Source: a virus. From it: a DNA stretch of 64,000 nucleotides. Positions within the stretch are counted from its first letter, which is position 1, and each line of letters opens with the position of its first letter. The stretch is taken from positions 32,001-96,000 of the IMG/VR virus record IMGVR_UViG_3300009370_000007; one strand, given 5' to 3'. A program made the translations under genes and the position numbers. Under the pieces are notes generated by a model that saw nothing but the letters and a program-made list of their open reading frames with translations, made no database searches and was not told where the DNA came from. Positions 10,333-20,200 of this stretch are shown piece after piece.

Positions 10333-10976
10333 TAGAATGAACCAAATGGATTGGACTCATCAAAATCTAAAATAGAATCTGCTTCGTCTTCAATCTTCTT
10401 ATTATCTGAAATTGCATTATCCGGCATTGAAGTTTCATCGTCTGCTGTTACTACATTAGAAAACTCATTCTCTAACTTGTCTATATCATCAATTCCAGTA
10501 TCAATCGCTTCGCTGCTATATCGGAAGAGTTCGCAACGAAGGTCATATACAGGAAGTTCGCCGACTTGATAAAATATAGATTCATGTTCAACGTGTAAAA
10601 TTTCAAATAATTTTTTGTTTAATGGCATATAGATTAAATCGCCTTCGCGGGGCCTGGGGTATCCAGACCCAAGCTCTTCAAATCTTCGCTGTGCCATTGT
10701 TAATGTAACTTGATCGCGAATCTCTAATCCAAATCGAGAAATAAAATCGCCTTCGCCTTCAAATCCTTCTATATTTTTAATATAAAGCTCAATGTTATAA
10801 GTAACATCAAATTTAGAAAGAGTGTCTTCTCCGAAAATTTGATCTTCGTTGACAGACTTTCGAGGAATCCAATGCATATCCTGTCCATAAAATTTAATAG
10901 ATTCAATAATTAAATCTTCAAGAAGTCTTTTTTCTGGACTGCTTTCAAAATTGTTAACGTAAACATTAGTGGGCAT
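10332..10976 (-). CDS. gp14: neck protein
   Basis: EDLIIESIKFYG, FGED, SRFGLEIRD, RPREGDLIYMP, C-terminal DFDESNPFG. Confidence 0.95.
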   Translation of the reverse strand: MPTNVYVNNFESSPEKRLLEDLIIESIKFYGQDMHWIPRKSVNEDQIFGEDTLSKFDVTYNIELYIKNIEGFEGEGDFISRFGLEIRDQVTLTMAQRRFEELGSGYPRPREGDLIYMPLNKKLFEILHVEHESIFYQVGELPVYDLRCELFRYSSEAIDTGIDDIDKLENEFSNVVTADDETSMPDNAISDNKKIEDEADSILDFDESNPFGSF

Positions 10977-10979
10977 TAT

Positions 10980-11750
10980 TTACCCCGTATAAAAATCAAT
11001 TGGAAGTTCATATTGTAGTGATGCAGTTTCTTTGAGTCGTTCTATTTCTGCTCTTGCATCTTCTAATACTGCCCTTCCGTTTAATGTTACTCCACCAGGA
11101 AGTTGAACTCCTTCAAACTTTGAAAGATTCATTCCCCATTGTTCTTTAAACAATGCAGTACAATAATCTCGTAGAAGTCGGTCCTGCCAAACTTCCGCAT
11201 AAGCGCCTGGATCTACAGCGCGATAGGCATCTAATACGACGTATTGATCTTTATTAATATCCTTGCTCCAATTCCAATCAATAAACAATTTATCTGTTCT
11301 TCGATTAAATCGAATGGTAGGCTCTCGATCAATCATATCTTGAATCATTTCAAGATTGCTCATTCTCATCCAATAATATTGCATTTCTGCTGTGGCCATC
11401 GAACCAAAAGTTCCAGTAACATCATTAAGTCTCATTTGATATTGAACATCAAAAATACTTGAATCGCTTTCAGCTCTGGCAATTTTAGTTATTCCTAAAA
11501 TTGTATCTGTAGTTCCTGCGAGCGACCCTTCTGTAACAGTAAGAAACTTATTGTCTAAATCTGTTTGAGTAATTTGATGAGAATAAAATACCCGTTCAAC
11601 GCCATCAAAATTAAACTCCTGAAAAAACTCAACGGCATCATCAATGCGATCTTCTAATTGATCGTCATCAACATTAATATCAACAACTGGCTTCCCGAGG
11701 CGTCGTAGACAATATTCTTTAAATTCTGCTCTTGTTGAAGGTTGTGCCAT
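10980..11750 (-). CDS. gp13: neck protein (head-tail adaptor)
   Basis: YCLRRLGKPVVDINVDDDQLEDRID and QWGMNLSKFEGVQLPGGVTLNG. Confidence 0.96.
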   Translation of the reverse strand: MAQPSTRAEFKEYCLRRLGKPVVDINVDDDQLEDRIDDAVEFFQEFNFDGVERVFYSHQITQTDLDNKFLTVTEGSLAGTTDTILGITKIARAESDSSIFDVQYQMRLNDVTGTFGSMATAEMQYYWMRMSNLEMIQDMIDREPTIRFNRRTDKLFIDWNWSKDINKDQYVVLDAYRAVDPGAYAEVWQDRLLRDYCTALFKEQWGMNLSKFEGVQLPGGVTLNGRAVLEDARAEIERLKETASLQYELPIDFYTG

Positions 11751-11754
11751 AGTC

Positions 11755-12111
11755 TTATACCTTTGTTACTTCTGGAGAAACGGTTAAAATTCCTTCTCGA
11801 ATCCTTGTAATTTTAGGAGGAGTGTCATTAGACACAATTTCAACATCATATACATATCTACCTTCGGTTATTGCTGAAGTGACTACATTATTCATTGAAA
11901 GTCCAACAATTCCACTCGTATTAGAAACCCAAACATTAACAGATAAATTTGCAGTATGAGTAGTAGAAGAATATGATTTTCTTATTTGACCATATCCTGC
12001 TGTATAACCAGACATATTCAATACTGTTGTTGTTGAAGCATTTGCATAGGCAACCACGTTCGCACTAAAATCTGTCCCCTGATCTATTAATAAATTGAGT
12101 TGTTTTGCCAT
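11755..12111 (-). CDS. small virion structural protein upstream of gp13
   Basis: NLLIDQGTDFS...QIRKSYSS...GRYVYDVEI...TRIREGILTVSPEVT, a pattern I recognise from T4-like environmental phages; has its own late promoter. Confidence 0.8.
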   Translation of the reverse strand: MAKQLNLLIDQGTDFSANVVAYANASTTTVLNMSGYTAGYGQIRKSYSSTTHTANLSVNVWVSNTSGIVGLSMNNVVTSAITEGRYVYDVEIVSNDTPPKITRIREGILTVSPEVTKV

Positions 12112-12145
12112 GAGTTTAGCTATTCCCCGAAAGTAATGTCTATAC

Positions 12146-12153
12146 TATTTATA
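12146..12153 (-). promoter_or_regulatory. T4-type late promoter TATAAATA for the neck/packaging cluster
   Basis: Exact consensus, intergenic, 34 nt upstream of the ATG at 12111. Confidence 0.85.
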
Positions 12154-12175
12154 AGGGTACAGTATTGAGGGAGTA

Positions 12176-12505
12176 TTATGAATTTTCAGTTGGATTATGA
12201 GAAGAGGTAAAGGGACTGGTATTCCCCCCCGGATGAAAGGTCGATAATGGAACTGCCTCCTTAACTTGTTTAACGTGCTGATACCATGTATTTGCAGTTT
12301 CAGTATCTGCCACAATTCTACCATCATTAATATCGTGCCAAAGTTTATCAAGCTGAACTCCAATAGAACCGTATAATGCTACTCTACTATTAATTTCTTG
12401 CTGTTTTGACACCCTATTTAATTGTTCGTCAGTAGTAGTAAATTTTCCAGGGATTCTTTTATGCGGAATAAGTGGATTTTTTATTTCTAATTTAAATTCT
12501 GCCAT
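12176..12505 (-). CDS. fibre-associated protein (tail fibre assembly chaperone-like)
   Basis: RVALYGSIGVQLDKLWHD...TWYQHVKQVKEAVP resembles the R..YPSI.DQLD.LWHD...W...I..VK...P motif of small proteins that follow phage fibre genes. Confidence 0.6.
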   Translation of the reverse strand: MAEFKLEIKNPLIPHKRIPGKFTTTDEQLNRVSKQQEINSRVALYGSIGVQLDKLWHDINDGRIVADTETANTWYQHVKQVKEAVPLSTFHPGGNTSPFTSSHNPTENS

Positions 12506-12520
12506 GTCATATTTTCCTTA

Positions 12521-12988
12521 TTATTGTGGATCGCTAATCATTTCGGTAACTAGCGGTGGAGGAGGCAATGTTGCAACTTGATATTGTGCCTTATGGTATC
12601 CATATTTTTGAAATCTAATTGTATAATTAGTTGTAGAAAACCCATTTACTGAAAATGCAAATGAAGTGTCTGTTGAGTTTGCTGTCCAGACAAATTGCTT
12701 ATCCACACTAACTGCTGTCCCAGGAGCAATTCCAGTAAATACTACTCTATCGTTTCCATCAGCAAATATTCCTTGCTTATCTTGAGCAATATCTTGATGT
12801 TGAATCTTATCAAATCCTATTGGTTGACCATTGGCTGTAACCACATATTGATTTAACAAAGCAGCCCTTCGGGCAACAATAAAAGCAATTCCCTTTTTTT
12901 GTAATTTTTCTATTTTTTCTGGAGTTGCATTATCAATTGAATATAAAATAAATCCAGTATTTCTATCATATACATAAATGTTGTCCAT
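12521..12988 (-). CDS. hypothetical structural protein
   Basis: ORF track 12521..13036. ATG 12988 (MDNIYVYDRNTGFIL) is preferred because it removes the overlap with the upstream gene. Beta-rich C-terminus. Confidence 0.65.
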   Translation of the reverse strand: MDNIYVYDRNTGFILYSIDNATPEKIEKLQKKGIAFIVARRAALLNQYVVTANGQPIGFDKIQHQDIAQDKQGIFADGNDRVVFTGIAPGTAVSVDKQFVWTANSTDTSFAFSVNGFSTTNYTIRFQKYGYHKAQYQVATLPPPPLVTEMISDPQ

Positions 12989-13008
12989 TGATACGTCTAC
13001 CTTTTCTC

Positions 13009-16000
13009 TTAATCGTGTAGTGGTTGACCCGTCCAAGGATCAATCGGCCAGTTTGGTCTTGCTGTTGTAACTCCTGCCTCATCTGTTTCAAAAGCACCAA
13101 GGGTTCCAGTAGCAGTTTGTGGTGTCGCGGGATCGTGAACAATTCCGGTTCCTTGATTAAATACTATATAGCTCACAAAGAAATAATCCCATTCTAATGG
13201 GTCAGGATACGGAGCCCCTTCACCGTCAACTTTGTCCATTGGATTAAAATGATTAGTTGAAATTGTGGTAACTTCAGTATTTGGAACAATTGCCTCCCTA
13301 TATGAAAGATACCCAGTTCGCTTACTGTCAATTTCAATCCAAGGACGATACCTAAAGTCATGTGTATTATTTATTCGAGCACCAGGGCCAACTGGAGTAT
13401 CAAATCCAGTAATTTTATTTGGATAAGTTGGTTGAATTTGATTATCAAATGTCATTGCACCATAGGCACCTCCCGATACTGATGGAACATCTTCAAAGCG
13501 CGGACTCTCAGTTGAAGCAACAGAGGCAGAGTAAGATTGAAAGTTAAATGGCTGATTTCTTCCTTCAAGTTCTCCCTTAAGGAACCACCACATACTACCA
13601 TATCCATGTCTGGTATCTTCTAGACTTGCTTTATACCATAATGGATACCCATTGGGCCATAATTCCATGTTTTGAAGACAATTTGAAAAAGTCATCCACG
13701 GGGAAATTTGAGAATAGTTTCCAGTATTCTGGGTGGTATAAGTATCACTATCCCACATCTGAGTAATGAAAAAATTCTTTAATGGAACATTATCCCATAG
13801 AAAATTATCCCAGCCACCCATATAGGAACGTGGCATATGTTCCTGCTCTGCTGGATTAATTGATTGGTTCGGTCCTTCTTCGGTCCCGCCAGTTCTCCAA
13901 CCTCCCGAGGAATCTCCGGCTGGAGCGTCGATGTTAACTCCCAGTTTCCATCCATCATTGTCTTCTGGATGCCCAAAATTACTTGAAAGATTTCCTCCTG
14001 GGGTCGCATTAAGAACTCCTGGGTGGTCCCCTTGACCGGATGCAGTTGAAGACCGATTATATTTCATTTCGGCACCACCATTACCATATTGACCAATCCA
14101 TGTTGGATCATTATGAGGGTTGCCCGATCCGCTTATAAATGACAAAACTGTACCACCAGTACCCCCTCCACTTGGAGTGCCAATAGGAAAATCCCAAGAT
14201 TCCGGCCCTGGTGGAAAGAAATTATAAATGTCACTTACATTAACAGAAGGAATATCACTTCGCGGAGATGTTGACGGCCAACGGCTAGCTGTGCTCGTGG
14301 CATTGCGCGCAGAACCTCTCGCAAAACCAAACATAGAAGACATCGGCATTTTGATTGGAACTGTGCTAATGCCACGATAATTATAGCTTCCTGTTTTTAA
14401 ATATTCTTCAAGCATGATCCTATGTTCCGGCGGCCAATATCGGACATCAGAAGGAGCCTCATTATCGAGCTGCATACCGTTCCGAGCCCCCGCCCACCCA
14501 GACCGAGGAAGATAATACTTATCGCGTCCATACAAAGTCCACATATAATTACCACCCTGATTATAAGAACCAACAAAATTGGGATCATGATAGTAATCAA
14601 AAATAGAACTTCCGGCTCCGGCTGGAAACTCTGACGAATTTTCTTGAAGAGCAAGATCATGATTAAATGCTCCATGACCAGTATGTTCTTTATAGTGTCT
14701 AGTAGGCCATTCCCCCGTAAAGGGGCCATCATCATGTGCCGTGCTTGCATCCATAATATTTAATCCATGATTTGGATACTCGCCCGAGCCTGCTGAACCG
14801 TCACCAGAATAATCAGATGCAATAATTCTTCCTCTGTCCCCTTTGCCAGTATTCCATGCATTATAATGAGCATTTGCATTGTTTGTAGAAATCATTGCAT
14901 TTGAAGTTGATTTGTCGTTCCAGGCCTGAATAATTAATTTATCATTATCAACATAATATATTAGCCCCCAAGTTTTTTGTTTCCAATAGCCCGTTCTACC
15001 GGGAGTCTTATATTGAGTTTTATTAATAGATTTATCAATTCTACGATCAATGCTTCCAAAGGGAGCATCCATTTGGGCATAACTTTGGGGAGTAAATGCA
15101 TTTAAATTTGAACGGTCGAGATTCAAATTAACGTGCCAACCATCTGGACGAACCAAGGTTTCCCATTGAGTTCTTGGATAATTATTTGGTTTTGACCGTG
15201 AGTTTATTGCGGCCCAGGGATGTTTTCCATAATGATCTCCTAGTTGATGCGTCTCTGGAGCCCCAGTAAGGTCTTCACCGACAATTTCTCCTGTGCCTAC
15301 TCCAAATGACATTCCATGAATTGTCCCATGTGGAAATTCGCTCCCTGGATAATCAGGACCAGAACTATCTTGGCCTTCATCTTCTCCTGAAATTGCAGCC
15401 ATATTACCATATTTAAATACATCTGTTATCGTTCCATCAGGATTTTTTTGCACCTTTCCTTGTTGAATATAATCATCTATAAATTTTAATGATTGATGTT
15501 CTGTGTTTATTGTTCCTCCAATTACATTTAGTTGCTTTATCCAAACAGAATCCATATATTTCAATATCTGTGAATTTGCAGAGTCGGCATAATTTGGATG
15601 AAAATGGCCTGAACTATTACATACTGCAAATTGTAACATTACCATAGGAATTATATTTTCTGTACCCGGAGTTTTAGATGCACTAAAATCTATAGATACA
15701 TTTGTACGATTTCCTGCATGAAAAACTGGATCTCTTCTATGCTTATATCCAGCCAAGATGGCGCTTCCTTGCTGAACAACAAACATAGAGCTTTCCACAT
15801 AGGTTGAACTGTCAAATATTAAATTTCCTGAATGTGCAATCTCATTATCAGTTACATCAATGCCCGGAGCAGAAACAAACAACCCCGCTGTTCCTTTTGA
15901 AGACAAAGAATTGTTTTCTACTATAATAGGAAAAAAATTTGTATTAAGCGTGAGCTGCCCGGGGATGTTAGGGTATACATCTACCCAAGGACCCTTTATC

Positions 16001-16221
16001 TCATCAAAACCAGTTGCAAGGACAATTCTTTCTTCAGGGTCGCCTGAACTAGATTGCCTAAAGTGAACTTCATGGCCTATTCTCCACCCGGCAGCCTGAT
16101 CTTTACTTATTGTCAAATAATATTTGATACGAGCCGGGGAGCCTACTGCATTATCATTAGATGCAATTGTTGATTCTGTAGGAAGGTCTTTATTTCCAAG
16201 TATTATTCTAGGGATTGCCAT
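13009..16221 (-). CDS. fibre-associated paralogue 3 (1070 aa)
   Basis: Shares RIILG, GLFVSAPGIDV, LIFDS, PMVMLQF and VSYIVF blocks with the two upstream genes; G/P/W/N-rich insertions. Confidence 0.7.
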   Translation of the reverse strand: MAIPRIILGNKDLPTESTIASNDNAVGSPARIKYYLTISKDQAAGWRIGHEVHFRQSSSGDPEERIVLATGFDEIKGPWVDVYPNIPGQLTLNTNFFPIIVENNSLSSKGTAGLFVSAPGIDVTDNEIAHSGNLIFDSSTYVESSMFVVQQGSAILAGYKHRRDPVFHAGNRTNVSIDFSASKTPGTENIIPMVMLQFAVCNSSGHFHPNYADSANSQILKYMDSVWIKQLNVIGGTINTEHQSLKFIDDYIQQGKVQKNPDGTITDVFKYGNMAAISGEDEGQDSSGPDYPGSEFPHGTIHGMSFGVGTGEIVGEDLTGAPETHQLGDHYGKHPWAAINSRSKPNNYPRTQWETLVRPDGWHVNLNLDRSNLNAFTPQSYAQMDAPFGSIDRRIDKSINKTQYKTPGRTGYWKQKTWGLIYYVDNDKLIIQAWNDKSTSNAMISTNNANAHYNAWNTGKGDRGRIIASDYSGDGSAGSGEYPNHGLNIMDASTAHDDGPFTGEWPTRHYKEHTGHGAFNHDLALQENSSEFPAGAGSSIFDYYHDPNFVGSYNQGGNYMWTLYGRDKYYLPRSGWAGARNGMQLDNEAPSDVRYWPPEHRIMLEEYLKTGSYNYRGISTVPIKMPMSSMFGFARGSARNATSTASRWPSTSPRSDIPSVNVSDIYNFFPPGPESWDFPIGTPSGGGTGGTVLSFISGSGNPHNDPTWIGQYGNGGAEMKYNRSSTASGQGDHPGVLNATPGGNLSSNFGHPEDNDGWKLGVNIDAPAGDSSGGWRTGGTEEGPNQSINPAEQEHMPRSYMGGWDNFLWDNVPLKNFFITQMWDSDTYTTQNTGNYSQISPWMTFSNCLQNMELWPNGYPLWYKASLEDTRHGYGSMWWFLKGELEGRNQPFNFQSYSASVASTESPRFEDVPSVSGGAYGAMTFDNQIQPTYPNKITGFDTPVGPGARINNTHDFRYRPWIEIDSKRTGYLSYREAIVPNTEVTTISTNHFNPMDKVDGEGAPYPDPLEWDYFFVSYIVFNQGTGIVHDPATPQTATGTLGAFETDEAGVTTARPNWPIDPWTGQPLHD

Positions 16222-16222
16222 T

Positions 16223-17272
16223 TTATCCTGATGCTCCCGGTTCTCTATAAATTATATATCCAAGTTGAAATTTACATTCCGTACTTGCATTATAAAAATA
16301 TAAATCAATTTGTGGTAGACTTCCATCTGTTGCAGTAGTATCAATTGAAGTTTGAGCCCAACAAAAATCACCGGGCATCTTCAATAAATGTGACGATCTT
16401 CTAAAAATGGGACTCGGCTGGCCGCCAACAGGAATAAAATCTCCGCCGCCTCCGGCCTCCCAGTTTTCCCAACCCGGAATTCTAATATGCGATACATCGG
16501 GGACGGTCGTGAAAACGGTAGAATCTCCTATTGAAAACAGAGCTTCCATTACCCCCCCAACAAAAACATCGAAACCACCAATATCAATATTTTCTTGTAT
16601 CATTCCAGGCCCGGCATCGGGGTCATATGGATCAAAGGTGTCGGTACTAAGTCCCCAATTTAATGCATCTTCTAAATTCTCCGGCGAAACCGGAGTTTGC
16701 CACCAAGCAAAATTAAATGCAGAAGGATCATTTGTGATACAAGTGTTACTTAAATGATATGGATGATCGTTTGGATATTGCCAAAATGCCTTTCGTCCTC
16801 CATGTTCCCATTCTCCAGTATGAAGTGGATTATATCCATTTGGAAGTCCATAACTATCTACACCATCTCCATCCCAAGAATCTGTTCCTTGTCCTCCCAT
16901 TGCATCATATACGTTTGAACCAAAATCTTTTCCTAATCCAGCAGCAATAAACCATTGAACCATTACTGGAGAATCTCCTCCGGTTCCAGGGCCAGAATGG
17001 CGAGGGGCTTCAATGTCAAGTCCTTCTATTTTAAGCTCAAACGGCGTACCAAGTTCCGGCGACACGTCAAGAAGAGCACTACCCGACGCCAAAACTTGAA
17101 GAAAACCAGATTGTGTTCCATCAGTAGAAAATAACAAGTCCGTTGCATTACAAGTCAAGGCATCAAAACCAGGCCTTGAAATATAAACTCCGGTATTATC
17201 TTGACGATGATACTCTTCGGGAAAATCTCCAGTAGATGATCCAGTATTTCCAATTAAAATTCTATTGGGCAT
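16223..17272 (-). CDS. fibre-associated paralogue 2 (349 aa)
   Basis: RILIG, GVYISRPGFDA, LLFST, PVMVQWF and LGYIIYR blocks; start overlaps the upstream stop. Confidence 0.7.
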   Translation of the reverse strand: MPNRILIGNTGSSTGDFPEEYHRQDNTGVYISRPGFDALTCNATDLLFSTDGTQSGFLQVLASGSALLDVSPELGTPFELKIEGLDIEAPRHSGPGTGGDSPVMVQWFIAAGLGKDFGSNVYDAMGGQGTDSWDGDGVDSYGLPNGYNPLHTGEWEHGGRKAFWQYPNDHPYHLSNTCITNDPSAFNFAWWQTPVSPENLEDALNWGLSTDTFDPYDPDAGPGMIQENIDIGGFDVFVGGVMEALFSIGDSTVFTTVPDVSHIRIPGWENWEAGGGGDFIPVGGQPSPIFRRSSHLLKMPGDFCWAQTSIDTTATDGSLPQIDLYFYNASTECKFQLGYIIYREPGASG

Positions 17273-20200
17273 TATACATCAATTCCTCCCATAGCATCTA
17301 AATTCGCCGGAATTCTTAATACATAATATCTATATCTACATTTTCCTGTTGATTCATTATTGTTAACTAAATCATAACTTTGATTTTGCTTCCACACTTC
17401 AGTCCCATCTACATTATCATCATCTCCAGAGAAATAATTTTCTTCATATTGACTGACTCCCCTTGGATGAAATATTCCCTCGGTTGCCCTACCAGGATAT
17501 TCCTGTTCTTCATCATTTCCCTGTACCCATCGAACCATTGAAGAATATCCTCCGGCTGGAGATACCCCCTTAAGTGTTGGTTCATATGCCATATTTACCA
17601 TTCCCCCAGGAGGCCAGAATTGAACATGACAACCATAACCAGTCCCAACTCCTAGTTCTGGCGTAGCAACTCGATATTCTGCTTCATTAAAAAAATAATA
17701 ATTCTCTCCCCAGGGGTCGGAAATGCCGTTAGGCATTAGTGGTTCATTACTACTATTGTCTTCAACTAGTATCTGCCGAGGATCTCCCCACCCCCAAAAT
17801 TTTGCAGTATTACCCACAGTATTATCTCCATCTCCTTCTGCATACCAGTTATTATTTTCATCATTATAACGGCCTCCACCTTTAGGACATATATCTGCAT
17901 TATTTTGGTGCAATCTTGCATTGCGACCATATAGCATATCATCTCTACCCCATGATACTTTACCATATCGCGTCATTCGACTAGAATACGGTTTCCATCC
18001 AGATTTAAGTGCTCCAACAGCAGGAACATTAACATTTTGCATTGTTCCCATAGTACCGAATGCTTCTGCAATAGAACTATCTAATTGTGCTTGTGGAGAT
18101 CCGTCGCCGGTCTCGGGGCCTCTCCAATCCGTAAATACCTCTGCTAGATATTGAGTATCTCTAGATGTGTAAACCGGCGTCTCAACTCCATCAATGAACT
18201 CTAAGCGGGTGATAATACTCTCATTAGGATCGCGCTGACGAGCCACATGAATAGATTCGCTATTCATTGGCTCTACTGGCCAAGTTTGGGCTCCTCCCCA
18301 ATCCCAAGGTGGTTTTGAATTTTGATAAAATCCAGCAGTTCCACCATAACTAAATCCGGGTAACATTTCATGACGCTGATCTCCTTCTGTTCTTCTGCCC
18401 GGAGCCACCACAGTTCCAGATAAATTTTTAAAGAAATTAGTTCCATACCAACCCCAATCACTAATATGTTCGGCAGTATAAATGCTAGGGGGCAATACTC
18501 CATTTGCAGTATGATCTTTTTGGTCCCACATTATTTCTAATGACGAGGGTTTCGGGGATTTCCCAGGAGCAGCATTTGGATCACCAGCAGCAAATTTTCT
18601 ATATGTTGGTCGAGTCCAAGTGCCATGTGATTGTTCTTCGTATCCTTCTCGGCCCAAAGCCCCTCTTGCAGTAATTTCAAATTTATCGCTTCCGGCTCTA
18701 ACATATGCAAATGTTCTCATTTTGAGTGTTTCTATAATCATCCATTTATAAACTGCTCCTGGGGAAACATTTATTTGAGCCAAATTTGGATACCCTTCTT
18801 GAGTTGTCTGATCGCCAACGCCGGAGTTGTCCTCTCCCATAGTGTCGGTTTTTGATACATAGTGTAAATCTCCCCAAAGACTAAAAAATCTTGGGCCCTC
18901 ATTTGGTTTTTCACCAGCCACGAAACCCATTGGAGATACCATACGACCTCCCAAATAATTAGAATCTCCCCATTTTCCGTGGCCCATTGTAGGTCCGTAT
19001 TCTATTCCAGTATAAAAATGATTTTGGCGGCTGCTTACGGACTGAGGAGGATATATTGGCCTCCCGTTTTCATCTACAGATCCGTAGTCATATCCTAATG
19101 CTTCGAGTTCGGCTTGCAACGCCGCGAAGAAGACTCCGTTCGTCCCGTCAATAGGAAATCCCATTGGATGATTCACAGTAGCTCCTGTTGGGACTTGTGG
19201 CCAGCCATCCCTATAGATTCCACGACTCCCTTCATCGCCCCAAATATTTTCAGAGGGATTCCGATTACCTCTATCGCCATTAATATTATCACCCCTAAGA
19301 AAAGGATTATCATAATCGGGTAATGGTTCTCCTATTGGATTATTATATTGAGATTCACTTCCAGAATGCACAGATGAACCACCAATAGGATACCCAGGCC
19401 TCCATGATCTTTGTTGTCCCCAAAACATAGGAGACATAAAAGAAAAATTTTGAGTTAGAGCTTGATGGCCGGTTTCAGATAAGTCCGTTTCGCCCCAAGG
19501 AGACATGGGATGGGACTCATATCTATGACCGTAGGCCGTGACGGACGAAGAGATATGCCTCCCCCCTTGAGGCATAAGACCAAACTGAGATGCTTGATTC
19601 AATCCCTCATGTACTGTTCCGGGTCGTGGATCAATTGGACTAAAGTGCGTGGAAGACGACCAAGGAGCGTCTGCAAGAACCTCATCGGGGTCTATCCCAG
19701 AATATCCATATGGTGGGGGCATTCCAACTGCATTCGGACCGAACCAACGACTACGAAAAACATCTGCAAAATATTCCGCTGTCACCCCGCTTGTATCTGA
19801 AGGCATCGCGCCGGCCGAGAGGGCCCCCCATGCGCCTGCTCCATAGGTATATAATTTATTATAGGGCGTGGCGTGTGAGCCAGAAGGATAACGGCCATCA
19901 TACTCAGTATCATAATCCCAACACGTTGGAGTTTCCAAGGCACCAGAAGGAAAAGAAACAGCACAAGGATGTTCATATATATCTTTAAAATTATTGCGAC
20001 CGACTACCGGGCTATTTAATCTGGTCCAGATACCAGAAACTTTCGGTGGGCGACCAGTACCATCCCAATTAGATAATGCAAGATTTCGACCGGCAATGTC
20101 ATTTTGATATTGCACATCACTCCACCAAGCATCATATCCGGGGTGCCAGGATTCCGATGGGGATGTCTCTCTTTGAGCTTTGTGATCGGGATAATCTGCT